A stretch of 64,000 nucleotides of DNA from assembly GCA_016839585.1 (NCBI GenBank), contig JAEOTZ010000026.1, positions 19,143 through 83,142 of the forward strand, given 5' to 3'. Position numbers and translations under genes: made by a program. Of the stretch, positions 1 to 9,238 are shown in pieces (position 1 is the first letter of the stretch; every line of letters starts with the position of its first letter). The stretch comes from Promethearchaeota archaeon. GTDB lineage: Archaea > Asgardarchaeota > Lokiarchaeia > Sigyniarchaeales > SOKP01. Under the pieces are notes generated by a model, which was not told the origin of the DNA, ran no database searches, and was given only the letters and a program-made list of their open reading frames with translations.

Positions 1-2
1 GT

Positions 3-980
3 GATATAGTAGGTACTGGTTTCTTATTTTTTTCAGGACTAAGCACGGTATTATTTTACAGGAGTAGACTTACGAAAGCTGAAGCTTCGGATAATAGTAT
101 AAAACAAGTAAATAACGAATACTTATTTCGAGCTTTAATAATAATAGTTCTAGCTTTGCTATATTCTAGCGTTACAGCAGTAGGAATGTTAAATCCTTTA
201 GATATTTGGAAATGGTATATACCACTTACAATAGGTATTTCCCTATTATTAGCATTTTTGCTATTAAAAACTTCAAAATCATTTAGAATCATATTAGCTG
301 TGATTATTTGGATTAACCATTATTATATTCTTTCAATTCTTTTGCCTTATGAAGGACAAGTTAACATTTTTGGAGCCTTATATCATGTTTTGTATAATGG
401 TTTACATCCCATTCTATACTATTTCAGCTTTTTTCTAGTAGGGACAGTTGTAGGAGATGTCATGCTTGAAATATATCTCAAAGATGATCAAAAGGAAAGA
501 AGATTAGCATTATTAAATAAATTTTTGCTTCCATCATTAATAATGGGCACAATTCTAATATTAATTGCGGTTTTGTTTCTTTTTCCTGGTTTTTTAATAG
601 ATGAAACTTTTTCATCGACAATATATTCACTAGGAGTAATTTTAACTACATTTTCTGTTTTATTAATCTTTGAAGAATTCGAAGTCATAAAAGTAGAAAA
701 GAGCTATAGATTTTTCTATTTCTACTCTTTTTATTCTTTCACCATCTATTTTTCACATAATATCATATATTTTATTTTTATCAATCAATTAAATGCATTA
801 ACCTACTGGATCGCTGTAATAGGGACATATATTTTGTTAACTCTATTAATTAGACTCATATATAAGAAATATGGGTCAAAAGCTTCTTTAAAGGCACAAA
901 TTGGCAGAGTAGCGGTAATTTTAGTTAGAAAGGTTGAGAAAAAAAAAGAACGGATAGAATTATTAAATATTAAGAAATAA
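3..980 (+). CDS. Multi-pass membrane protein, DUF1624/HGSNAT-like acyltransferase family; 5'-truncated by window edge
   Basis: Frame is open from position 3 (DIVGTGFLFFSGLS...YLFRAL) into the 156..980 ORF. FLFxSGxS and HPILYYFSFFLVG segments and many TM helices fit the family. Confidence 0.6.
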   Translation, partial: DIVGTGFLFFSGLSTVLFYRSRLTKAEASDNSIKQVNNEYLFRALIIIVLALLYSSVTAVGMLNPLDIWKWYIPLTIGISLLLAFLLLKTSKSFRIILAVIIWINHYYILSILLPYEGQVNIFGALYHVLYNGLHPILYYFSFFLVGTVVGDVMLEIYLKDDQKERRLALLNKFLLPSLIMGTILILIAVLFLFPGFLIDETFSSTIYSLGVILTTFSVLLIFEEFEVIKVEKSYRFFYFYSFYSFTIYFSHNIIYFIFINQLNALTYWIAVIGTYILLTLLIRLIYKKYGSKASLKAQIGRVAVILVRKVEKKKERIELLNIKK

Positions 981-1019
981 GGAGATAAGAGATAATCCAA
1001 ATATTTAGATTTTTAATAT

Positions 1020-2291
1020 TCACATTAGCATAGCTTTAAAAAATCGTGGACTTAATGTTATTTTTGAAAGTACGGGAAGCTTCCCGAACCATTTTTCCCC
1101 AAAATATCTGTCATTACTTGTATTATGGTTTGCTAGATCATGGTTAATATATGCTTCATATATGTACTTTCTTGCTAATTTATTTTCATTAAGTAGTTCA
1201 GTATATAAGCGCCATAAAGACTTCACATAGGACCCCTCATTATATATCAAGTATTCAAGGGCATTCCCATTCTTAAAATAAGTCATTAAGATGCGTCTAA
1301 CTTCTTGATCATACTTTTGTAGCTCTGATCGGCTAAAATTACTACCTTTCTCAAATAATGGTTTTACAGTATTCGAAGCGATATCTGCACATGCTATTCC
1401 AGGCAACAATCCTTCGTAAAAGAAGGCAGTTACAATCCCGGCTGCTTCTCCTAGAACAAGAACTCGATCGTTTGAGAACCTTTTAATTGGATGTTTAGAG
1501 ATGTCACCTACAAATGCAGTTGACAAATTATATTTTAACCCTTCAATAAACGGTTGGATAGGTTTATAATTTTTTAAAATTCTTTCAAGTCTAGAAATAA
1601 TTTCCTCCTTGGATTGGTTTTTTTCACCTAAAAATCCTGCTGAAATTCTCTCTTTACCTTTATTAAAGAAAAAAGGGCCATTCCAACTTATTTTAGGATT
1701 GATGTGAAAAGTATAGTTCCATTCAATATTCTCATTTATTTTGTTTTCATCTCCAAATAGATGGAGATAGGTCCCGGTATAATGATCTGGAATTTCAAAT
1801 CCCAAAGATCGCTGTAGATCAAAACCGCGTGAGCCAGTTGCCAATACTAATAGTTTTGTTGAATAAGAAGCACCTTTAGCATTGATTAATTCTAAATAAT
1901 CACTGTGTCTGTTTATTTTTGAGATTCTCTCATTAGAGTTAAAGGTTCCCCCTTGTTCTTCAAATTTATTTATTAATTCTTCAATAAGATTTTCAGTATA
2001 ACATATATTTCCTAAAGGTATTCCAAATTCATTAGAATCGATAACACCATTAAATTCATCACTCATGTAATTTGATTTCGTGTGTTTACAAGGAAATATT
2101 GAACTGCTTTCCCAATCAGTTTCATTCTTTATAAAGGGTCTATTATGTTCTGGAAAGATATTTGTTCTTATTGGAATATTGGAATGATGATAATCTTGAG
2201 CTTCTATAAGGAGTGTCTTTGCATATTTTGAAATTTTATTTGCAAAAGAAGCACCTGATACTCCTGCACCGATGACAATTACATCATACAT
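1020..2291 (-). CDS. FAD-dependent oxidoreductase, geranylgeranyl-reductase-like superfamily
   Basis: N-terminal YDVIVIGAGVSG Rossmann motif, LATG motif, C-terminal VLGEAAG FAD motif. Confidence 0.8.
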   Translation of the reverse strand: MYDVIVIGAGVSGASFANKISKYAKTLLIEAQDYHHSNIPIRTNIFPEHNRPFIKNETDWESSSIFPCKHTKSNYMSDEFNGVIDSNEFGIPLGNICYTENLIEELINKFEEQGGTFNSNERISKINRHSDYLELINAKGASYSTKLLVLATGSRGFDLQRSLGFEIPDHYTGTYLHLFGDENKINENIEWNYTFHINPKISWNGPFFFNKGKERISAGFLGEKNQSKEEIISRLERILKNYKPIQPFIEGLKYNLSTAFVGDISKHPIKRFSNDRVLVLGEAAGIVTAFFYEGLLPGIACADIASNTVKPLFEKGSNFSRSELQKYDQEVRRILMTYFKNGNALEYLIYNEGSYVKSLWRLYTELLNENKLARKYIYEAYINHDLANHNTSNDRYFGEKWFGKLPVLSKITLSPRFFKAMLM

Positions 2292-2382
2292 AATTAAGTT
2301 TCAAAATAAACAACAATAAAAAAGGTTTTTTCTTAAAACCTAATTCTTATTTTCTTTCTGAAAAGGTTAAGAATATGAAATT

Positions 2383-3135
2383 TTAAATAATGTTTTGTAT
2401 TGTTTTCGAGATTTTTTCTAAATTGACTTCAGCCATTCCAAGTGGAACTGTAGAATCAAATAAAATCACGATAATTAGTGGTTCCAATTTCCAAGCTATT
2501 TCAATGATTTTTGAAAATACTTTTTGATTATTTTCCAAACTGTAAAAGGTCATATTAAATTCATGTGCTACTTTATATCGAACTTCTAATTCTTTTAATG
2601 AGGATAATAAGATATCTTGAGGTAGCGATGAATAAATAACTTTTCCATTAATTGAAAAAAGTGCTGCTCCAATAATTTCGTTTTCAAACACCAGGCTTTT
2701 AATGTGATCGATTATTTTCCTATATAAAGCTCGACTTGACGTTAATTCAGCTTCACCTGTAATTATAGAATCAATCTTGAGATCAAATGCATGGTTCTCA
2801 ATTATTTGATAATCATCAATATCAGCTGTTTTCAAGAAAACTCCAAATGCATCAATTATACTGGCTAATCGAGAACTAATATATAATAGACTTGCGCTTG
2901 AATCTGATAATATTGTATATATGAAATCTTTCTGTATTCTGAAAACAAACCTAAAATCACCCATTTCGATAATTTCAGGGGTTTGTTGCATTATTACATT
3001 TTCAGAGAAGGAAAAGATAGCTGAAAAGAAAGGGGTAATTAAATTTGGCTCTATATTCTCAAAATCTTCTGTAAAATTCCTGCTATAAATGCAAACTCCT
3101 GCTTTTGTTAGAATAAATAGAGAATGTATTTTCAT
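2383..3135 (-). CDS. Longin-like domain fused to roadblock/profilin-like domain
   Basis: N-terminal IHSLFILTKAGVCIYSRNF...LITPFFSAIFSF longin pattern; C-terminal IIGAALFSINGKVIYSSLP...VPLGMAEVNL roadblock/LC7 pattern. Confidence 0.65.
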   Translation of the reverse strand: MKIHSLFILTKAGVCIYSRNFTEDFENIEPNLITPFFSAIFSFSENVIMQQTPEIIEMGDFRFVFRIQKDFIYTILSDSSASLLYISSRLASIIDAFGVFLKTADIDDYQIIENHAFDLKIDSIITGEAELTSSRALYRKIIDHIKSLVFENEIIGAALFSINGKVIYSSLPQDILLSSLKELEVRYKVAHEFNMTFYSLENNQKVFSKIIEIAWKLEPLIIVILFDSTVPLGMAEVNLEKISKTIQNII

Positions 3136-3390
3136 TAAGATAAAAACTACAAACTTATTTTAAATTTAATTAAAGAAATTTAGTCTTATAAGTATTATTA
3201 AAAGCAAATTTATGATATTTTTGTACATTTGAATTAGTTGCCCTTAAAAAGATTTATAGTTGTCAAATATTTTTAATTTATTCGTAATTTATAAAATGAT
3301 TTTTCTTATGAATTCATATTTTAGTCATGAATTTTTTTTCATAATAAAGATGTTTAAATATCAATTTTTATTTGTTTTAAATAAGAAAGT

Positions 3391-3407
3391 TGTGATTACA
3401 CATCACA
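3391..3407. promoter_or_regulatory. Inverted repeat TGTGAT-N5-ATCACA, candidate operator upstream of thioredoxin
   Basis: Perfect 6-bp arms just downstream of a TATA-like TTTTAAATAA (about 3375-3384) and 35 nt before the ATG at 3442. Confidence 0.45.
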
Positions 3408-3441
3408 TAACTTTCGACAAATTAAAAAAGAATGTTGAAAA

Positions 3442-3843
3442 ATGACTGATGATGAATTAGAAAAAATTAGACAGAGAAAAGTAGAAATGTTGCTAAAACA
3501 GCAATCAATGCCAAATGAAATTATAAAACTTCATGATATTAACGAATTGAATAAATTGACAAAAGATTTTCCAGATAAGATCGTAATTATAGATCTCTGG
3601 GCGGTATGGTGCGGACCCTGTAAGATCTTTGCCCCAATTTTTGAGAAATTACAAAAAGAATATTCTAATGATTTCATATTTGCTAAAGTTAATGTTGATG
3701 AAAATCCGTCTATAGCACAATATTTTGGTGTTACAGCAATTCCAACCACTCTCTTTATTAACAACGGGAAACTTGTAAGAAAATTTGTTGGAGTACTGAA
3801 TTATGATACCTTAAAACAAATTCTCGAAAAACTTAAATCTTAA
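3442..3843 (+). CDS. trxA: Thioredoxin
   Basis: WCGPC active site, AIPT cis-Pro loop, archaeal N-terminal DDELEKIRQRK helix. Confidence 0.95.
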   Translation: MTDDELEKIRQRKVEMLLKQQSMPNEIIKLHDINELNKLTKDFPDKIVIIDLWAVWCGPCKIFAPIFEKLQKEYSNDFIFAKVNVDENPSIAQYFGVTAIPTTLFINNGKLVRKFVGVLNYDTLKQILEKLKS

Positions 3844-3910
3844 ATCAGCTCAATTTTGCAATTTATCCTTTTTATTTTAATTTTCAAAAAAGTAAATATG
3901 GTGAAACCTC

Positions 3911-4357
3911 TTGGAAAGTATTTCTGACCAATTAAAAAATATGTTAGAAGATAAAAATATTTATAGAAGTGGTAACTTGTTTAAATGCATTCTTGGTCTT
4001 AATGAATTAGAATCAACCATTTTTTCTTTCTTATTAAGAAATAAAAAAGTATGTACAGAAGAATTATCAAATGCTCTTAATAAAGATAGAAGTTCAATTC
4101 AAAGAGCACTTCAAAATTTAATTGAACTCAAAATAATTAAGAGAGAATCAATGTCTAGAAAAGAATTCTTTGAATTTAAAGGAAAAAATGACATAAATAA
4201 ACGAGGTTATCTTTACGTTTATAGTGCAAAAGATTTAGGATTTGTAAAAAAACAATTTCGAGAATTATTGGATAAATGGTACAATTCCATGATAAATTAT
4301 ATTGGAAATTTAGATAGTACTTTTGATTGTTATAAAAATGAAGGACGACTATGTTAA
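3911..4357 (+). CDS. TrmB-like winged-helix transcriptional regulator
   Basis: CILGLNELE...ELSNALNKDRSSIQRALQNL HTH and GYLYVY wing; TTG start after GGTGA. Confidence 0.8.
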   Translation: MESISDQLKNMLEDKNIYRSGNLFKCILGLNELESTIFSFLLRNKKVCTEELSNALNKDRSSIQRALQNLIELKIIKRESMSRKEFFEFKGKNDINKRGYLYVYSAKDLGFVKKQFRELLDKWYNSMINYIGNLDSTFDCYKNEGRLC

Positions 4358-4482
4358 TTCTTAACTAGTCATTAGCTTCATTCCAAACTTTTTGTAAATA
4401 TATTATTTAAATTCATTTAATATTTGCCTTGTTTTTATTTTTTAAAAGATTTTAATATTTTAGTTTATATTTTAAGATAATT

Positions 4483-5229
4483 ATGAAGGAAATTGATAAT
4501 GTTGAATATTTTGATATTAATAATATTAGCGAGATGTTCCATAAAAAGATAAGTGCTGAAGAAATAAGAGGATATTTTGAAGAAGGTAAAATTAAAGGAA
4601 AAATAATAGAAAATGAGTGGTATACGAATCAAAATGCGATCGATGACTTCAAGAATTTATTAGTCGATGAGAGAGCCATATTCGTAGGTCCTTATAAAAT
4701 TGATTTATCAAATATTGAATTAAAAGGGAGAATCTTAGATATTGGGGGAGGGGGAGAAGGCGTAATTGGACAATTTAAGGGGGAACAGGTTGTTGCAATA
4801 GATCCTAATAGAAGTGAACTTGAAGAAGCTAAGAGTACTAAAGATTTAAAAATAGTTATGGATGCTAAAGATTTACAATTTTTAGATAATACATTTGATA
4901 CAGTTACTGCATTTTTCACTATGATGTATATCCAAATAGCGGATCACAAAAAAGTCTTCGAAGAAATATATAGAGTTTTGAAAAAAGATGGTGAATTTGT
5001 GCTCTGGGATTTAACTATACCAAATAGAGGTAATATTAAAAAAGACATCTATGGTGTAAGGCTTAATGTAAAAATTAATGATAAAATTATTGAAAGTGGT
5101 TATGGTATATTATGGAATAAAGAACAGGATATGGATCATCACTCAGACTTGGCTAAAGATATAGGTTTTAAAATATTAAAAAAAGAAGAAGAAAAAGACA
5201 CATTCTATTTAAGATTTAGAAAGAGCTAA
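4483..5229 (+). CDS. Class I SAM-dependent methyltransferase with N-terminal excisionase-like HTH extension
   Basis: ILDIGGGGEG motif I, FLDNTFDTV, EIYRVLKKDG. Confidence 0.85.
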   Translation: MKEIDNVEYFDINNISEMFHKKISAEEIRGYFEEGKIKGKIIENEWYTNQNAIDDFKNLLVDERAIFVGPYKIDLSNIELKGRILDIGGGGEGVIGQFKGEQVVAIDPNRSELEEAKSTKDLKIVMDAKDLQFLDNTFDTVTAFFTMMYIQIADHKKVFEEIYRVLKKDGEFVLWDLTIPNRGNIKKDIYGVRLNVKINDKIIESGYGILWNKEQDMDHHSDLAKDIGFKILKKEEEKDTFYLRFRKS

Positions 5230-5389
5230 TCCATTAGAAAGAGAGATTTAAAATAGAATTAATCTCTAAATGGATTGAATATGGGACGAAAAATTATTCT
5301 CAGAAAGACTAAAATCCTTAAAGATAAAATAAATTGTTTTTAAATCATTTGAATAATCTTAATTAATTCAGAATTCGCTTGATTTCTCA

Positions 5390-5611
5390 TTATTTCCAAG
5401 CAGAGTGAGATATGATTGCATCATATGGGCATGCTCCTTCACAAGCTCCACACTCGATACATTCAGCAATATCTTCAGCATCTACCTTTCCATCAAGAAT
5501 ATCGTAAACTTGAACTGGGCAGACTTCTACACATTCTCCTGATCCAGCACAGAGATCCAAATTAATTTCAACCCAGTGATCATTAGCTTCCCATTTTTTT
5601 ATATTTGACAT
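5390..5611 (-). CDS. Dicluster ferredoxin
   Basis: CAGSGECVEVCP (second Cys replaced by Ser) and CIECGACEGACP. Confidence 0.9.
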   Translation of the reverse strand: MSNIKKWEANDHWVEINLDLCAGSGECVEVCPVQVYDILDGKVDAEDIAECIECGACEGACPYDAIISHSAWK

Positions 5612-5836
5612 AAAAAAATCATTACTCTAAAAATTTTACTAGATATTTTTTATAATTTTTCATCTAAAAAATTAATTCTTATATTCTATAATTTTAGTTT
5701 ATCTAAATAAAGAAATAAGAGTCTTAATAGAATAATTGAGAGATAGTTCTTTTAAAACTAGTGATAATTCTTAATCCATTATTTTATTAGAAAAATATCT
5801 TTTTATTATATTGAGAAAATTTTATAGGAATTATTT

Positions 5837-6745
5837 ATGAGTAAAAGTTCTTTTTCTGAGCATTTATTCCAATATCGGTCTGTAGAAAGGAAGAAACTCT
5901 ACATTTCACTGATTATTACTACCACTGTTATGGTTTTAGAAATTATTGGTGGTTTAATTACAAATAGCATCGCTTTGTTAAGTAATGCTGGTCATATGTT
6001 CACTCATAGTTTTGCTATTGGGATAAGTTTATTAGCAATTAATATTGCAAGAAAACCTCCTTGTCATCATAAAACTTTTGGCTTATACCGAGCTGAGGTG
6101 TTAGCAGCTTTTATTAATGGTTTATTTCTTATTCCAATTGTAGGAATAATGATATATGAAGCAATTCTTAGGTTTTTAAATCCAGAAGAAGTATTTGGTT
6201 TTTATATGTTATTGATTGCTCTTATAGGACTTTTTGTGAATCTAACAAGTATCAGAATTCTACAAGGAAGCCAGAATAATAATTTGAATGTTAAAAGTGT
6301 GTTTTATCATATGATTGGAGATGCTGCTTCTTCAATTGGGATTGTAGTAGCTTCGATTATTATACTTTATACTGATTTCAACATACTTGATCCAATTGTA
6401 AGTATTGGGATATCAATGGTAATTCTTTTTTGGGCTTGGAGTGTATTAAAAGAATCTACAAGAATTCTACTTGAAATGGCTCCAAAAGGATTGAATATTG
6501 ATACTATTAATGATGATTTGAAAAATAATTTTAAAGAGATTAAGGAAATTTATAATGTGCATCTCTGGACAATTACCCCTGATATGCTCATGTTTTCTGC
6601 TTATATAAAAATTGATGAAGAGATAAAGGCTAATCAGGATAACTTGATTTCTGAAATTAATAACTTTTTATTCAAAAAGTATAATATAATTGAATCAACG
6701 ATACAAGTAATGCCTAAAAATGCAATAGAGGCTTGTAATATTTAA
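5837..6745 (+). CDS. Cation diffusion facilitator (CDF) metal exporter
   Basis: SIALLSNAGHMFTH, TFGLYRAEVLAAFING, HMIGD, C-terminal VHLW cytosolic domain. Confidence 0.95.
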   Translation: MSKSSFSEHLFQYRSVERKKLYISLIITTTVMVLEIIGGLITNSIALLSNAGHMFTHSFAIGISLLAINIARKPPCHHKTFGLYRAEVLAAFINGLFLIPIVGIMIYEAILRFLNPEEVFGFYMLLIALIGLFVNLTSIRILQGSQNNNLNVKSVFYHMIGDAASSIGIVVASIIILYTDFNILDPIVSIGISMVILFWAWSVLKESTRILLEMAPKGLNIDTINDDLKNNFKEIKEIYNVHLWTITPDMLMFSAYIKIDEEIKANQDNLISEINNFLFKKYNIIESTIQVMPKNAIEACNI

Positions 6746-6851
6746 GAACTCGTTTTTTTAATTATAAAATAAACATTTAAATAATAATATATCGATTCTA
6801 ATTATTATTAACAATTTATAAAAATAGAATAAAAGGTATAAGTGGTCACAA

Positions 6852-7322
6852 ATGAGTTTAGAAAGGATAAAAGGTGAATTGTCAAGTTATTTTGTTGGAG
6901 CATTAATTTGTAGTGCGATAACTGGAATTTTATTTCTTGCTACTGATTTCGCCGGATGGTACAATTATAGTCCAAGGATTTATGGATGGGTTGGTTCTTA
7001 TGCGTTATATGAAGGAGGGGCTCTTGGAGGGCTTGCTTTTGTCTTTATAGGATTAGCATTTTTAGGGATTGCTGCTCTTTCATTTATAGCTCTTAGGGAT
7101 CCAAAGAAAATACCTTCAATAAAGATATTACAAGGATCTATGGTTTTTTCAGCAGTTATTGCCATTCTCAGTATAATTGGAGCCATAGTTTTTGAAGTAG
7201 AAATGGCTGATGCAGACTACACTGATTGGTGGTTAGGAGAAGCTTTTTATGGCGGATTAATCGGTGGAATATTAACAGCTGCTTTCCTATATCTTGCACT
7301 TAAAGGTTTTGAAGCTAAGTAA
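6852..7322 (+). CDS. Four-TM hypothetical membrane protein
   Basis: 156-aa ORF with four hydrophobic segments and DWWLGEAFYGG motif. Confidence 0.7.
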   Translation: MSLERIKGELSSYFVGALICSAITGILFLATDFAGWYNYSPRIYGWVGSYALYEGGALGGLAFVFIGLAFLGIAALSFIALRDPKKIPSIKILQGSMVFSAVIAILSIIGAIVFEVEMADADYTDWWLGEAFYGGLIGGILTAAFLYLALKGFEAK

Positions 7323-7389
7323 TAACATCAGTTTATTTATAGGTGTTTATAATTAAAATATCTAAATCTTACTATTTTTCCCTTTTTTT

Positions 7390-8046
7390 TTAAATAAGTA
7401 TTGATGTTATCAAAGTCAACAATCCAATAATTATAAAAACAGAGGAGGAAATAAGTTTTAGATAAAATTTTGATATTTTTTTAGCTATTATTGCACCAAA
7501 AAGAATGCCAATCCAGGCTACACATATAAGAGCAAAAAAAGCACCCAACCATACTTCAATTGGATTAGGATACCGGGAAGCCATAGTTATTGTTAAAATT
7601 TGAGTTTTATCGCCTAACTCCATTAAAAGTATGAAAATAAATCCTGCTAAATAGGGATTGTTTCTTAATTTTACAAGTTTATTTTTAAAATTATGTGTAA
7701 TTTCATTATCATCTATTTCAATATCTTTTGTTAAAATTTCTCCAGATTTTGATTTACTTCTTTCAAAGTAAAGTTTTTTCAAAGAACGAGCTTCTAAAAT
7801 TCCGATTAAAATAAATATTATCGCAGACACTAAAGATATGATAAAGAGTGGAATAAAGCGGGTTATAATTATTCCAAAAACTACTCCAATTGTTACAATT
7901 AACGCAAAACCAATTGTAACTCCTATTCCAACTTTATAAAATTTTTCATATTCTAAAGCAAGATTAAAAACAATTAATTGAGTTTTATCTCCTAATTCTC
8001 CAAGGAATAAGATCCCAAAGGTTAAAAAAAGGATAAATAAGTCCAT
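7390..8046 (-). CDS. TMEM165/GDT1 (UPF0016) Ca2+/Mn2+ transporter
   Basis: Two copies of the ELGDKTQ signature. Confidence 0.95.
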   Translation of the reverse strand: MDLFILFLTFGILFLGELGDKTQLIVFNLALEYEKFYKVGIGVTIGFALIVTIGVVFGIIITRFIPLFIISLVSAIIFILIGILEARSLKKLYFERSKSKSGEILTKDIEIDDNEITHNFKNKLVKLRNNPYLAGFIFILLMELGDKTQILTITMASRYPNPIEVWLGAFFALICVAWIGILFGAIIAKKISKFYLKLISSSVFIIIGLLTLITSILI

Positions 8047-8230
8047 TACTAAGAAAAAAATTTATTTAGTTTAAAATTTACTGATTTTACCATTTGATTT
8101 TATTATCTTTTGAAGACTTTATCTAAATAAAACAATAAGCTTCTCTTATATTTTGATTTTTAAATTTCAATTATTATTCTTAATAGAGATGGCAAACTGG
8201 GTTATCTTTCGAACTAAAAAATTACTTATA

Positions 8231-8245
8231 CTAGATAAGCCTAAA
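8231..8245 (+). promoter_or_regulatory. Possible DtxR/SirR-type metal-repressor box upstream of ftr1
   Basis: CTAG-ATAAGC-CTAAA directly after a TATA-like CTTATA; resembles TTAG-N6-CTAA boxes. Confidence 0.3.
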
Positions 8246-8317
8246 ATTTATAATTAATTACTTTTTGATAGATCATAAGATAAAACTAAGTATATGATTA
8301 AATAAGAGAAGAATTAA

Positions 8318-9238
8318 TTGGTTTCAATAGTTGATTTAATAATCCCTACGTTTTTAGCATTTCGAGAAGGTTTAGAAGCCATATTAGTAATAGTCATAAT
8401 ATTATTATATTTAAAGAATACAAATCAGCAATTTTATTACAAATATGTATTCATTGGTAGTATTTTAGCAATTATTTCAAGTATAGTATTTGCACTTATT
8501 TTTACCGCAATACTAGGCGGATTTAGCGGAACTCTTGAAGAAACTTTTGAGGGTTATACTTTTATAATATCTGGAGCTTTTATTATAACGTTAATTTTAT
8601 GGATGAGTAAAGAAGGTCCCAAAATGAAGAAGACTTTAGAAGAAAAAGTGGAATTTTCAATTGAGACCGGGAAGATTATATCCATCTCTATACTTACATT
8701 TATAATAATTGTAAGAGAGGGAATAGAATTGGTACTTTTGCTAATTGGAGCAACATCAGTCGGATCTCTTAATCAAATAGGAGTTGTATTAGGATCTTCT
8801 ATTGGTTTAAGCATTTCAGTTGGAATCGGTTTATTATTTTTTTATGGCATTAAAACCATTAATCTATCAAAATTCTTTAAAATTTCTAACTTAGTTTTAA
8901 TTTTATTTGCAGCTGGTTTGATTACTTATGGAATTCATGAGCTTATAGAAGCGGGTGTTATAAATCCAATTGTCGAAAATGTGTGGAATATGAAAAATAT
9001 ATTACCAGAAAGCTACCCTGACGGTAACCCAGCAACTCCAGTATGGCTTGAAATTATAGGTTCACTATTAAAAGCATTATTTGGTTATAACGCGAATCCC
9101 TCTTTGTTAGAAATAATAATTTATCCGACATTATTAATTTCAATAGGTTTAATTTCAATGAAATTATGGAAACGAAATAATATTATAGTTTTAAACCAAT
9201 ATCCCCAGTATGAAATTCAGGAACAGAAAAATCAATAA
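8318..9238 (+). CDS. ftr1: FTR1-family iron permease
   Basis: REGLE and REGIE motifs; LILFAAGL and LFGY segments. Confidence 0.95.
   Translation: MVSIVDLIIPTFLAFREGLEAILVIVIILLYLKNTNQQFYYKYVFIGSILAIISSIVFALIFTAILGGFSGTLEETFEGYTFIISGAFIITLILWMSKEGPKMKKTLEEKVEFSIETGKIISISILTFIIIVREGIELVLLLIGATSVGSLNQIGVVLGSSIGLSISVGIGLLFFYGIKTINLSKFFKISNLVLILFAAGLITYGIHELIEAGVINPIVENVWNMKNILPESYPDGNPATPVWLEIIGSLLKALFGYNANPSLLEIIIYPTLLISIGLISMKLWKRNNIIVLNQYPQYEIQEQKNQ

Noticed and set aside
3260-3445. 61-aa ORF upstream of trxA (also 34129..34311 and 34274..34513)
   Set aside because: Low-complexity Phe/Ile/Lys translations of AT-rich promoter or antisense DNA.
8047-8317. yybP-ykoY (Mn2+) or fluoride riboswitch near the GDT1 gene
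   Set aside because: No GGGGAGUA or GGCGAUG/GCUAAUGA signatures. Only a G-U-rich 9-bp hairpin at about 8185-8209.
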